Positions 1-13,200 of a stretch of DNA of 64,000 bases are shown here, piece by piece. The stretch's first letter is position 1. The number at the start of each line of letters is the position of its first letter. The notes below the pieces were generated by a model. That model did no database searches, was not told the DNA's origin, and was given only the letters and a program-made list of their open reading frames with translations. Origin of the DNA: Phoronis australis (Eukaryota > Animalia > Phoronida). Made by a program: the position numbers and the translations under genes. The stretch spans positions 175,964-239,963 of the forward strand of contig NMRA01000483.1 in NCBI GenBank assembly GCA_002633005.1, in the 5' to 3' direction.

Positions 1-195
1 ATTTATTACGGAAAACTAAAATGGAAAACAGGAGGTGCTTGGTAGTCAGATCTGCTCGATAATGAATTGGTATAGCACACGTTTCGGACAATTTTCGGCA
101 AAATTGGTGAAGCCATTTTGAAAAAAATTGGTGGACCAGACATTTATTTGTAGCACTAAACTATCATGGCCACTGACTCCATTCATAGAGTATAC

Positions 196-328
196 AAAAA
201 TGGTAACATTGGGTGACCTAGTCATTACAAACATGGTCACAATGGGTGAACCTAGTCATTACAAACATGATCACAATGGGTCACCTAGTCATTACAAACA
301 TGGTCACATTGGGTGACCTAGTCATTAT
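196..328. repeat. 33-bp minisatellite x4
   Basis: aaacatggtcacattgggtgacctagtcattac repeated. Confidence 0.9.
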
Positions 329-599
329 GTGGAAAGATTTCAGTTCCAACAGAGGCTGGAACCTGAGACCTTCTGCAATAAGCCATCGGAACCACCAGTC
401 GAAAACAGAAATCAGACTTGAGTTTTGAAGGACCACCTTGTCACATACTTGTAAAATAAAATATTATAAAATAATGATCATCACCGACTCCATACCTGTG
501 ACATATAATCACTAAGGCCACTTGACGTCATCATGTATGACTCTGTATGGTACCTACTCTATGCATACATAGTACAGGCTCCCATCAAAATGAATAAAA

Positions 600-2090
600 A
601 CACCAGCATTCATGATGAGTCAGACAGATGCCAAAAAGTGACACCAAATTTGACACTAGCTTGTTTACAACATGCTGGAGCCATCTAAAAATGTGCAAGT
701 GATGTCTTCTTCTTTAGAGAAGCACAAGTGTCAAATTTCATGAAGGGAACCAAGGGACTTTGTTCAGATGTAGATGAGAAAAAATAAAATTAAAAAATGT
801 GGCACAGTAGTATCAGATGCATAGTTAAGTCAACATAGGATGTGCTCTTCTTAACAGGAACACACACATCAAATTCCATGGCGATTTCTTGTTAGACCTT
901 GGTAGATATTGAGGCAGGCACAAAAATAAAACTGCCATTAGGGAGCATAGCAGCACCAAGCTAGACTTGGAAAGTCAACGTCAGCCTAGCCAATACTCAG
1001 CTCTTAAACAAGGCTGAGGGTCTACCAAAGGGCCTTTCAGCACTTGAAATGGATAAAAACCAAAAGAATGTGAGGAAAATTCTTGTTCAGTGTGTTTAGT
1101 ACTAACCAAATAAAGTTCCCCCGACACGTTTAGAAAACCGCAAACGGTCTTACAGGTTATATTTTGCTTCTTTTCACCTTCCTCTAACAACAATGAATCA
1201 AATCGTCTGCGATCTTCTGCCCCTAGTTTTTGACCTAATGATGTTATGTAGTGACCTGAATGCCAGCCAATGAGCCCAGTGAATGTTTTAGTCCAGGAGT
1301 TCACCGATAGATTAAAAAATGCAAATGGCAGAGTGACAAGCAAAAAGTAAAAAGTCGAATCTTTGAGTGAATTATTAAGTTCTTTCGAAGGGCTCGTTTC
1401 CGTGCAATTAAATTCCCCGTTTCACTTAAAATAAAATTAATGTGCTCTCGCAATTGCAATTTTGACGCATGAGGGTTTATGTTTGGCATGCAATTTGAGG
1501 GTGATGTGTATGCACTTGATTCTACATTTTCACTGTGCAGACTTCCAACCCTGTAAAAGGGTTGGTTTACTGACTAACATTAGTCATACTCTCCTCACTT
1601 AAGAAGTCACTGAGAATATCGTTAAACTTCATAACAATCCTCAAACAAACTAGGAAGACACTGCGACGAGTGCAAAAATACAATGGGCATAGCGCCACAT
1701 TTCACGATCCTCTAAACCGTTTGGCAGATAGAGATGCAGACACCAATAAATGGAATGGAAAAAATTACAATTACAGGAGTCAGCTTGGCTTGAAAAATTA
1801 TGGGTCCACTTGATAGAAATACATCTGCCAAATTTCATAAAGAACTACCAGGTGACTGTGGGTAACTGGGTAACTTAAACATGCCACTGACAAGGTAGCA
1901 CAGCAGCAATAATATCCATCCAAAAGTCATTGCCATCTGTCCTCACTTTCATGGGAACACACCTTCCAAATTTCACACAAAGATCCATCAAAAAATTTAG
2001 AAGGTTCTGGAGTGAACACTGGATGCAGGTTCAGGATGCCTACACAGAGATGACGGCAATATGCACCCACATAAATTTTGTTTATACAAA
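600..2090 (-). mobile_element. Decayed family A Helentron-like copy or copies (about 600-985 and 1650-2090)
   Basis: actgccattagggagcatag unit, aaatttcatgaag blocks, end gatgacggcaatatgcacccacataaa. Confidence 0.5.
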
Positions 2091-2209
2091 AATTATGTGA
2101 TTCGTCACTTCTAATTAAAGTTGACTCTTGTGAGAAAATTGGAGGTCAGATGCACTGGTCTCAAATCCCTCTACTGAAATAATGACTAGAACTTTTTACT
2201 CTACCATAC

Positions 2210-2463
2210 CTCCTTGACAGAGCTTCCTGCTTCATAAATTGCACTAGTTTCTCCAGATCTTCTAGAGGCATCTGACTATGACGTTCCTCATCTGTCTCTG
2301 TAAGCAGCATCTCAACCCGTCGACAAGCAATGCTGTCGCACATTCGTGCTACAGCGAGGTGATGTGTATTAAGGAACTTGTCGACCAGCAGAGTCAGCAG
2401 CGCCCCACTTTGGCTGAGGTGGACAGCTTCCAGAGACTGCAAGGTCTTCTTGATGACTGAAGG
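2210..2463 (-). CDS. HTT: HTT coding exon 34 of window
   Basis: PSVIKKTLQSLEAVHLSQSGALLTLLVDKFL...ACRRVEMLL...; 254 nt; gene continues past position 1. Confidence 0.96.
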
Positions 2464-3119
2464 CTAGCAGAATACATGAGAAGGAACGTAAGGCTGAAGT
2501 TGGTCTATATTTTGTAAACGATTTATGATACAACTGTGAATGAGTGGAATTAAATAAATTATCAAATTCATCTGAAAAACAAGCATTTTGTAACATGACG
2601 GTAACCAAATTGTCCACCGCTGTCTCAAGATATGTGGATTTTTAAGACCAATTAGTAATACGTGGATTTGTAAACGTCTTTGCAACTCCATCAACAACAC
2701 TTTCCCAAGTCAAAATGTCCTCATGTCTCAAAAAGATGTTTTAACATTTAAAATGTGACCAAAATCGACAGGCAGATAAATCAGGCACACCTACACCATG
2801 GTACAAATATTTAATCAAATCTAAAGTTCTTGAGATATGCCATCAATAATGCTGTCCCCAAGACAAAAGATGATTTTCTCACTGAGACCTTGAATATCAT
2901 GTCAAGCTTGTGGAAATCGACATGTCTGGCACGTGAAGTTGCATTCACAAAAATTTAGAAGCCTAGTATGCAAAATGAAAAAACGTCAACTTTGTCAATT
3001 ATTTTTGACTGAAATTGGTGACATTTTCATGAATCCTAGAAAAATATGGATGTTAAACCTGATGTTCACGGTACCATCTTAACAAAGAAACAACATTACC
3101 AGCACCCACTTAACAGTAC

Positions 3120-3195
3120 CTTCGTGAGGTTAACACAGCGCGAGTGTATAGCTTGGATTAAAAGACCACTGGCTGCTGAATTGCGATGGATGGCA
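3120..3195 (-). CDS. HTT: HTT coding exon 33 of window
   Basis: AIHRNSAASGLLIQAIHSRCVNLTK; 76 nt. Confidence 0.96.
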
Positions 3196-3274
3196 CTAGA
3201 AAAATGAAAAGTGCACATTGCATATAACAAACACCACCACGAACACACACTTCCACACTCCCCAATTTCTGGTA

Positions 3275-3333
3275 ACATCCTCACCCAAATCATATGACAT
3301 CCTCACCCAAATCATATGACATCCTCACCCAAA
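3275..3333. repeat. 22-bp tandem repeat x2.7
   Basis: acatcctcacccaaatcatatg. Confidence 0.85.
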
Positions 3334-3941
3334 CAGCTTTTCAACTGCTAGACTGATAAGATTATATGTGAGAACTTCCAGAAATAATTAAACAAGAATG
3401 ACAGTCACTGATCAGAATTATGTGCCCACAACTGCACAAGACATGGTATGCTTCCACGGGTGTTATTGATATCTCCGGTCACGGTTGATTCGCGAAATAA
3501 TGTCTCGTGGGATATTACTTCATCTACACCACTCTCAGTACGTTTTGTACTTATCCCATATGCTTCGAATTCCTATTAAGTTTCTTTCATTTTTGGCAGA
3601 TTTTTTTTCACTGATACTATTCACATGGCGGATCACATCTGATATGTAATTACATGTGCATTAGGTTACCAAGTTTTCTTTAAAAGAAACCACTGTTGAA
3701 GTAGTCAAGGAGGGGAATACAGAAAACAATATCACATGGCTGTATTGCACTCGACAGATTCAACGCATATAAGATAAAAATAAGACTAATTATGTCAAAG
3801 CTATAAATCTGACAAACATTTGATTCAGTTCAGCATCAAGCCTCACGAGATGCCTAGTTTGGCAAACATGGGGGCATAAAAATGAAAAATGAAGTACGTA
3901 AATTAAAATAACAATATATACAAATTAAATTAAAACAAAAT

Positions 3942-4188
3942 TAAAAAAATAATTGCAGGGCGTCTGGTGCACGTTGAACCAGACGTGCGCACACCGCGCG
4001 AATGTGGGCCCATTGCACTGATCACCTGGAACTATTTTAATTGATGTGCTTTATTAATATATATTTAATACCGAGTTGAGGAGCTAGAAACCTGACTCAA
4101 GGGTCTAGCAGTGTGGCCTAGTGGGACTCGAACCCACGACCTCGAGTAAACAAGGCAGGCACCATCACACTAGACCACACTGCCTCCT
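3942..4188 (-). mobile_element. tRNA-derived SINE, copy 1
   Basis: Minus-strand head with A box TGGTCTAGTG and B box GGTTCGAGTCC; ~240-bp body shared with 26941-27170. Confidence 0.8.
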
Positions 4189-4214
4189 CTTCAACCACAA
4201 TGGTTGAGCTGTAC

Positions 4215-4318
4215 CTGATAAGGTCCTGTACTGGAGGCTCGTGTGATAACTCAATGAGATCAGTGACGTGGTTGACTATCACCCACGTCATGTGCTCAGC
4301 ATCACTTAAATTCTCACA
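4215..4318 (-). CDS. HTT: HTT coding exon 32 of window
   Basis: CENLSDAEHMTWVIVNHVTDLIELSHEPPVQDLI; 104 nt. Confidence 0.96.
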
Positions 4319-4934
4319 CTGAAACAGACGGGGCAGTTTGAAAAAGCGGCACTCCACATTTCAATGGAGACTTCAATCTTCTGTAAAGAACATTGTCCTA
4401 CCAATAAATTTACAAATTTCTACTTAATCTGACAGGACTGGTTCACCAAAAATGCTTAATCCACAGCTGCAGTAATGACCATCACAGCATAATGTTTAAT
4501 ATAAATTGAAAGTTAATAATTCAACCAGAAAAGAGATGTTAGATGTACAGTTATTTTCAACTCCCAACATTAGCTTTGAAAAAATTTAACAGTATTATGC
4601 TCAACGACTGTCTTAACCACATGGGCCAACTGAGTACTTGTCAAGGGGTCTATCAGCAAAGGGGACCTTAAATAGGTCCCCCAAGTCAGCAAGTTGCTTT
4701 GCTGCCAACTTTGTTCTGAGCAAATGTCCTACCTAAAACCTCCACATATTTGTGAGCACCCCATGAGATATGTGTCCATCCCAATTGGGAGACTGAACAT
4801 GGTGGATCAATCTAAAGAGCCCCATGTCAATGAATGTCAGTTATGACGTGAAACAAAAAAATATAAAAACTTCGGGCTGTAATTCTAATTCAATAAAATC
4901 AAGTTTACAGTAAAAATAAGCCAGCTTCACTTAC

Positions 4935-5034
4935 CACATAATCACAGAAAAGTACAAGACCCCCACACCTCACAACCTCAAAGTTGCAGCAGTGACTAAA
5001 AGGCAGGTCTGCAAAACTGCCACCTTCTGGTTGT
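4935..5034 (-). CDS. HTT: HTT coding exon 31 of window
   Basis: QPEGGSFADLPFSHCCNFEVVRCGGLVLFCDYV (human CNREIVRRGALILFCDYV); 100 nt. Confidence 0.93.
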
Positions 5035-6409
5035 CTGGAATGTACGAAATGATGATGGTGAAAAGATTCAATTTAAAATGCAGACTGTTAAATTCATGAT
5101 GCTTGGCCATCCCCCTGGAATTTCTCCCACATAACACAATTTTGACTATGAAACAAACTTAGGAGCTTCAGGGAGATTCACTGGACACTTGGACATAATC
5201 TGAATAGGCCTTTCCAGGTGTGAGTAAAAAAATGACAACTAGGTCTGATCAGTTAGTGGAACTTTTGGATAGACAATCAAATCAGCTGATCTGAATTACA
5301 GCTATCTCCCACAATGATTTTTGTGGGGAAAAGAGCTCTATGCTCAAATCTGTATGAGGAATTCAAATGTGGGCTTTGTTTTCGTCCACAAAAATGGTGA
5401 AAAATGAAATGAAATGTCTTAATTCTTCAGGCAACTCTTATCACAAAGTTGTCGGATTAAAGAGCAATTATAAAGATTAATCCAGCAGAAAGACTTTTTA
5501 AGCAGGTTGCACAAAATTAATAATTAATCCAAAATTAGTCATTTTGGTCACCAGCACGCATAACTGAATAGGGAGCAATCACCCCATGATTGGTACCAAA
5601 ACACTCCGTGGAATGTAGTCTATCAACTGTCGGAGGAACTCCCATTAACTTTAATTTGAAAACGTTCATTTTCCTCACCCACTTCTGCTAAAGTTTCCAA
5701 CATTAGAGGGTTCTCTTGCTCAATAACTTTTACCAGAATTATGTTGGTTGTGAATGTCTGATAACACAAGGCTCTTTAATTGTTAACTGCTGAGCTCATT
5801 CTTTTGTCTGGTATGACAACTGGCAGGCTCATTATCTCTGAGGCTTCAAACTGCAATGGTTTAGGATGGAATAGAATCTCAAAACTTCAGTGGTTGTCGT
5901 AGTTGGATGATTTTGGCGATTCAAAAGTTAACATGATCAGCATTTGATCAGAAATTCAGAATGGTTTGTGTTCAAACTGTTTATAACTTTTATTTTTTAA
6001 CAGCAAAGTCAGATTAAAGCAATTACTGAACAAAAAGAGAGCTGGCCCTCCAACCATAAATACCACACTGGTAGGAGTTAATCAATCGTATAAGATATTG
6101 GCTACACTGGTCAACCAGCCAACTTGTTCCTTTGCTATCCCATCCAACAAGTTGGGGTCAACTGGAGGATGCTAATGAGATGGACATCTCCATGAAATCT
6201 GATTGGTAATTTTCAAAAACTCTTTTTGACGAGTCATTATCCAAATAAGGGATATTTTGCACTTGAATGTTGTGATAAATGATTAAATAACTGGAAAATT
6301 GTTTTTGCATTAGATTTTAGGCATTTTCTTTTAATGGCTAATCACAGACGAAATTTTCATTGTGGCAGAGCGGCAGGCCAATCCTACAAATATGTGGCCA
6401 CCATCTTAA

Positions 6410-8811
6410 AGTCCCTATAAAATGAGCCAACTGCCTTTTAGATATGTTAAATACATGTACTTTTGTGCAACATATCTTTGTTCGTTTTATTCCACACAAC
6501 CATTAACTAATTACTACGCATTTTGTGCACCCCATATTATGTGCCCCCATCAGAAACCCCTTTTATTCTCTCGACGAATCACAGTAGACTGGCCTATTGA
6601 CATCATCGTTGAGAACGAGCAACACATTACCGCGCTAACCACAACCTGTAGTGAGCACCTGATCGGCTGCTGGGACAGTAAAAAACAAAGTAGTTTTGCT
6701 CAAGGAGCGTCACCAATTAGAAACATCGCCGACGTTAGGCATCAATGTCGACTGATAATGCAATATTACTAAGCAAAACAATGGTGTCAGGCAAAGCACC
6801 CTTCGAACCGAACAGCGGCGTAGATCTCGGATAGGGTCTGCCATCGATTCACTCACGACCCACGACGAACCAATTTTCGAAGTATTTGCACCCACGTAAA
6901 AGGTCCTACAACAGCTACGTTTCGTACTGAATCTGACAACGGCAAACTTACCGAACTCTGTGGTGGAAAAAATACTTATTTTTCACGTAAGATGTCTTGA
7001 TTATCCACTAACAATATCCTCGGCAATAAATCACCGCGACATGGTCGGTACCATTTTATGCGATCGTGGCTCAGAAATGTCGTCAATTAACGGTGTGGGT
7101 GAATGTAGCCTACGTCTCTTTTTTATCGCAAAAAAACAAACGTAAAGATGACAACCCTTGGCTGTTACTTGCCAAACGACGGTCACAACTTGTCTTGCAT
7201 CAGAATGAAAGTAAGTCGACAACAAATTCTCAAGCCCTCTTTTCTGGGACAGCACGCGCGACATATATATGAGTCATCTGTCACTCACGTGTTGCAGCCA
7301 ATGTATCACGTACTCCAGCGGTGAGAACGTAGAGGTGCACACCTCCCAAGTCGCACATCAAAAGAGTACGGCGGCCGTTCTAAATAAAATATTGCACTGG
7401 CTTGGCTCGATTAAGTGCTTGGGTGTTGCATATACTCGAATGCACGTGACCATAAGATGAGCGCTGATTCAACTTGAGTTTTGTGGCACATTCTTTGAAA
7501 TCTAACATCGGCCGGGAAAGGGTGCACTTATAAACCCCGCACGTGAACGTCAGGCAATACGGCTTTGGGTACACTTTGGAGGCACGCACTGAAAAAAGTG
7601 TGCAGTCAGCATGTCGATGGGTTGTGCTATGACGGGAACGGCGTATTTCCCTGACTTCAAAGTATAAAATGCCTTGTGCAATTGGTCTTTCAAATCGAAC
7701 ACTAGTTTAAATATGACAACCTATTCGCAGCGCTAACTTTGTCCTTTGTGCTCAATATTTTGTTTCCACCTCAATTGCACTTAGATTTTCCTGCAGGTCT
7801 CACTAATCGGCGTGCAGATAGCTGCGTCGGTTACGGGTTAAGTTTCGTATGCTTTGTGTAAAATGCCTTTGTCTTCAAATGACGGTCCGTAGCGAGTTCC
7901 GTGACAATTGGCCGGTAAGTTTCCCCTTCTGTTTCACTTTACTCGTATTCCTCTGGCTTGAACATACACGGCGCTAATCCATCCAAACGTTGTTCCTACA
8001 TTTTCTTAATCTTCCATTTCGCAGTACTTTTCATTGAACGTCCGTCCATTGCAAGGTATTAGGCCTTTACTTTTCTAACCCAAGTGCGAAAAGTCTCGGG
8101 TCATTCTTTTTCATCGTGCTGCGAGTGAGCTTTTCGCTTCGTTAAGATGTGTAACGCCGACTTACTCCCCGACATAATCCCGTAATTATCACGGAGCGAC
8201 TACAAACAAATTTAATTCTCCGGTACACGCATTCCGCCAGGATGTCGCCGTGGGTCCGACAAATCTCCATTCATTGCAAACCTGTCCCCCAATGCACGCA
8301 GGGACCCTGTTTGTTAAATCTGTTCGTTAAACCCGGACGTCTTTGTGAATAAGTATTTGATGTTAGACTGAGTAAGTGGTCCCCACCGAGAACGCGCTAC
8401 TGTCTTTGGCGACGCTAAACTATCAAGGGACAGTGAGTTGTAGGATATTATATGCACGTGGAAGTGTCGAGATAAGTGTCGTATAGTATTTGAGCTTGGT
8501 TGTCTCTAACAGTTGTAATTTTGAAAATCTGTGACTTGAAATATGCACCAGACACCGTAAGGTAAGCTTCCTGTGGCAACGGACTGTTCGATAGGTATTG
8601 GGTATCAACGATGACGTCATTTGCGTCGATTAGAACGAGCGCCACCTAAAGTTTTTTTTCGGCGCTAAATGGGGTTCATGATGGGGTCGTACGATAGTAA
8701 TTGGCGTAATTAGCTAATGCCAGGAGTAAAGGGAGGGATGATATGTTTGTTTCGATCAATGATACAGATATTTAACATGTTCAAAAGTCATTTGGCCGTT
8801 ATGTAGGGTCT
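6410..8811. mobile_element. Kolobok-like non-autonomous DNA transposon
   Basis: TTAA at 6406-6409 and 8812-8815; AG...CT termini; ~45-bp imperfect TIRs (agtccctataaaatgagccaactgccttttagatatgttaaata / tatttaacatgttcaaaagtcatttggccgttatgtagggtct); CpG-rich interior. Confidence 0.7.
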
Positions 8812-9052
8812 TTAAAGCCTGAGCTAGGTCATATCCCTGTGCTGTCTGCATCAGACAACACCTTGGAGTCTTCAGTGACATACATGGAACTAATACACAT
8901 TTCCAAAATGTGCCCCTCCAACTAGCTGGGCCAAATTGGCTTGCTGAACAAACATGTGATCTCCACCAATAAGCTAAGACATATTCACTAACTTTGCTGT
9001 CTGCATCACATGCCTGACTCTCTTACATTGCCTACTGTAAGCACTTGCTCAC

Positions 9053-9284
9053 CTGGGACTAGCTAGGCCATATCGTCTAGGTGTCTGCATCACCTGACTC
9101 CAGAAAGACTGTTCATCATAGTTGAGCAGTATAAGTATGTTACACCACTGTAACGTCAAAGTCGGATAGGTAGCGCTGAGCGCAGCCAATGACGAGTTTA
9201 TCATCTCCAGGCTATAGTACCTATCGTCTGACTTAGACTGTCGCAAAAGAGACATAGCTGCAGTGGCCACCCGACGGAACTGAC
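9053..9284 (-). CDS. HTT: HTT coding exon 30 of window
   Basis: QFRRVATAAMSL...YPTLTLQWCNILILLNYDEQSFWSQVMQTPRR...; 232 nt. Confidence 0.95.
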
Positions 9285-10356
9285 CTGAAGAATGTACAGA
9301 AAATTTTCACAAAATGTATAATAAGCAACACTCTCTGGAACAAATTTACAAAAGATGGCAGTTTTGGACACCATAAACCCTCTAAAGTGTGAGCAGAATT
9401 ACCACTTTAACAATAGAAAGTAATGGAACACAAAGGGTAGAAGTCAGCAGCATAAGCACAAATTAAACTCTAGAAGTTGTATGTTTCAATCAGAGTTGTA
9501 TGAAAGAAGGGTTAATATTATAATAACCATCCAAAACATAGACGAGCATAAAATAACAGAATTAAAACTAAACATGATAAATGAAAAAATACATGGGATT
9601 GAACATATTAGATGTTGTCTGCAAAGTGAGATCTAAAAATATGCACCACACAAATAAATAATCATATCAGGAAACAAGGCTTTGAAGAGGACAGAACATA
9701 TGGATTTCTGCAGCAAACACACAGCTGTCACCAATTCAAACCAAACTCCATTGATCACATGGATGTACGGGCAACAAAATGAAGACTGATCGAAACATGA
9801 TTGTTCAAATGTTATTTTAAGACATGAATTCTAAAGAATATTTGTGACAGTGACATATTTTTTCCAATCAACAAAAGGGATGAATTTGCAACTATTTTGT
9901 TTAATGTATGTCATGTTCATTTTTAACAGCATTGTGCAATGGATTAGAAGTCATTTATAAGAGAGCTATTGCCAGAACCTTAATAGGTGAGTACAGCTAA
10001 AAGATCAGACAGTCAGCACTACTGTGCTATAGTGCTAGTGACCGTAACTGCATGAAACACAGTGTTGAAACAGTCACCTCAGGGTCAAAACATCGTTAAG
10101 ACTAGACGCCAGTAAAAATTTCAACCTTGTCAGTCTATCAAAGGTCTACACTAATTGTATACGCAGACAGTGGCAATATGTGGAAAGCATGCCACACCAG
10201 TTCTGGCAAAACCAGGTAGATCAGATAAGACTTTGGAGTCTGCTCTCATTTGGAAACACAAAACAGTAGCAACTAGGTGCAGCCTGGTGAAGCATGGTTG
10301 AACCGGAATGTTATGAAAACACACTGGGCCTCCAGATCGTGTTTCACAATACGTAC

Positions 10357-10493
10357 CAGACTGAAACATGTGAGATATGTACAAGAGTAGGTGAGACAGC
10401 TGTTGGCAAAGAAATGGTCGGCAACTTGCGGTTGGGTTAACAGTACGTGACTGGATCTCTGTGGCCACAAGACCTACGACTTGGATGAGAAAC
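10357..10493 (-). CDS. HTT: HTT coding exon 29 of window
   Basis: FLIQVVGLVATEIQSR...FLCQQLSHLLLYISHMFQSG; 137 nt. Confidence 0.95.
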
Positions 10494-11488
10494 CTGACAA
10501 AAAATCAAATGAAAGTCAAGTCTATTGAAGGTTTTCTCCTGCATTCCTGATGATTTTAGGAATCTCTAAGACAAACCAGTAGCAATTACAATAATTGGTT
10601 TAGGAAAGGCCTTGGGAAGTATGTTACAGCTTGCTGAGCCAGATTCAATCACAATAGTCACAAAACAGTATACACTAAACATGGTGAAATAAGCAAACTG
10701 AGCTAGTGGAGAAGTTACAATTCATGTAAAAAATTAAGTTAATTAACAGTGAGGGAACAATAGATAACAGAAAATCACTCAAGAGCATAGCATCGATATA
10801 CGCCCACTGTGTGCATTGCAAACACCAAGCTACTGAAACAGTCAATTCATGCTAACTTCTGCTTGTAAAACAAAACTAAGTCTAAACTAAGATGAAGACC
10901 AATCATAATGTACCAGAAGGTGTATCACTGTGAACAAGATGTAAGGACCTCAAAACATTAAAACACTAATGCAAGCAATGTAAGATATGAAAAAGTCTCC
11001 CACATTGTAAAACAAGAATTTAGAAATTCAAAAAATATTGGTGACAAAATTTTACTAATCTCAGTAGGAAAATAAATAAAATTAACAACAATAAATTTCA
11101 TGACTGTGAACAAGTCAGACAACTTGAAGGATCTTGAGGAACAGACAAAAAAATTGTCACTAGGATCCCCAGTACTCTATTTGGACCCGTCCATATAAAT
11201 GTCAGAGTGCACAACAAAGGCCAGACTAAATCAGTTGATGTGCAGACAGAGAGATGGATGTCAATAACAGACTCAAAATCAACACCAAGTGCTAAACAGA
11301 TATGCCCTCACAGAGCACCGCAAACAAAGTTATCAATTTTAATAGTTTTTATGAATTACGGCGCCCTAGATTGTAACACAGATATAATAATTTGCTACTG
11401 ATAAAAAAGATGTCATCATCACAGTTAAAAAAACTCTGCGCAGTTTGTAAATTTTCAAGCACAATGCTATTTTTAATCAATAACATGT

Positions 11489-11707
11489 AAACACAGAAAA
11501 ATAAGGAACACCAACTGGGAATCGAACCACAGCTCTCTAGCTTGCCAGTCTAATGCTCTTACCACTGAGCTACTGAGGACCCGATATCTGTGCATATTAC
11601 TGTTTGCAGCCAACTGATATGTCATCCATCCCATGACCAGCACTTTGCCAGCAATCTAGAGAGCTGTGGTTTCATTCCCAGTCGGGGTTCCTGATTTGTC
11701 TGTGTTT
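11489..11707. repeat. Foldback of two tRNA-like/SINE heads
   Basis: About 60-bp inverted arms; left arm on minus strand has A box TAGCTCAGTGG and B box GGTTCGATTCC. Confidence 0.7.
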
Positions 11708-11942
11708 GTTTAATAAGCAATTTTTAAGCAACAGACAAAAATGTTTATCAGTAAATAAACATGCATCTACACAAAGGGTAAGGGCCACATAGTAATTATT
11801 ACACAATAGCACAACACATGATTGTAAATCCAGGGATAAAATTCTTCTTTCACCCTATATAGAGATGCAAGCAGTCAAAAATCGCATCAGTCCTGGGACC
11901 ATAAAGCATCTTTGATTACAAAAAGTATATCCTTGCACTAAC

Positions 11943-12148
11943 CTAGACATGATATCTTCAGGTGTTTCTGTGACGGAAGATGGCACTGCGTGTGTTGGCG
12001 TTGACAGGTCATTGACTAGAAATATGTTGATAGCGATATTTAGTTCTTGCTGGCGTGACAACACAACTTCTTCCTTAGACTGTGCAATGAAGACTCTCAG
12101 AATGACGAGTACACAACCAAGCCAACGATGAAGCGATGTAGATAAGGA
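11943..12148 (-). CDS. HTT: HTT coding exon 28 of window
   Basis: SLSTSLHRWLGCVLVILRVFIAQSKEEVVLSRQQEL...PEDIMSR; 206 nt. Confidence 0.94.
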
Positions 12149-12779
12149 CTGGAAAGCATGACGTAGTTGAAATAATATAGCATGAACGAAACCAACAGAG
12201 TACAAGCCAAGAGAAGACAGAATGACCTGGAATTCCTACTCATCAGGACTGGGCGAAAGTCAAGTTCATCGCCAGAGTAGTCTTCCTTCATGACCAAGAA
12301 TGAAGTAGGGGCAATTAACATGAAAGATAATTAGGTGGCTAAGCCCTTCTACAATTAGAATTTTACAACCCTAATACTAGGTAAATATTACCAGTAACTT
12401 TTGGGTGTTAAAAGAACTAGCCATCATAACAGGAAAAATAGTTTTTTGTCTGATTACATTAGTCTTGTACTAAGTAACTGTGAAACATTCACACAAAAAA
12501 GACTTGTTCACGTGACCTGGAGCTTATGATAGCATCCCACTGATCCTTTAATATTCTCACTGAACAAACATTACCTTCAGGGTTGTGAGACAATATCACA
12601 GGACTTTATATCATACTCGTCATAGTTATAAATGTTCAGCTTAACGCCCGCATCCGAAATTTATGAACTAACCTTACACATCTCGATCAGCACAGCAGTC
12701 TTTGCCTCAAAAAACAGGCAAAGGTGTGAATATGCATACGCATCAATTTTTTAACACACTGCATGCCTTTGTTTAATAT

Positions 12780-13200
12780 AATTATGAAAAAAAAACAGTA
12801 GGGGGTTCACAGTTGTCAGACCCATCAAAAAATAACGTCACCTAGTAGTACGGTCTTCTCATCAAGAACACATGACTGTGTTAAGTTTTTAATTAAAAAT
12901 AATCTTTGAGAAGCATCGCAGATCCAGAAGTGGACGCCAAAAACAGACTTGAAAAAAATAATCACGGCCAGTAGGTGGTGCAAAAATACATCGGATCAAT
13001 CCAAAAATGGTGTCTCCCTAAAAGAAACCTATTTGTCAAATTTCACAAAAATCCCTCAATGAGCTTTGAATAAAAATAGCCACCAGGTAAATGTGCAAAA
13101 TATGTCAAATCTGTCCACAAATAGAAAGGCGACATTGTCTTATTAGAAACTTATTTGCCAAATTTCACGAAAATCCATGAATGAACTAAAAAGATACAGG
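12780..13200 (-). mobile_element. Family A Helentron-like internal fragment
   Basis: ggccagtaggtggtgcaaaa, gtggacgccaaaaacagacttgaaaa match units of 45071-47446. Confidence 0.65.

Noticed and set aside
196-328. CRISPR-like look of the 33-bp repeats
   Set aside because: Head-to-tail units with no unique spacers, in a eukaryotic intron, with no cas genes.
11505-11581. Genuine tRNA gene
   Set aside because: A and B boxes are present but the acceptor and anticodon stems do not pair properly; better explained as a SINE head. tRNAscan-SE would settle it.
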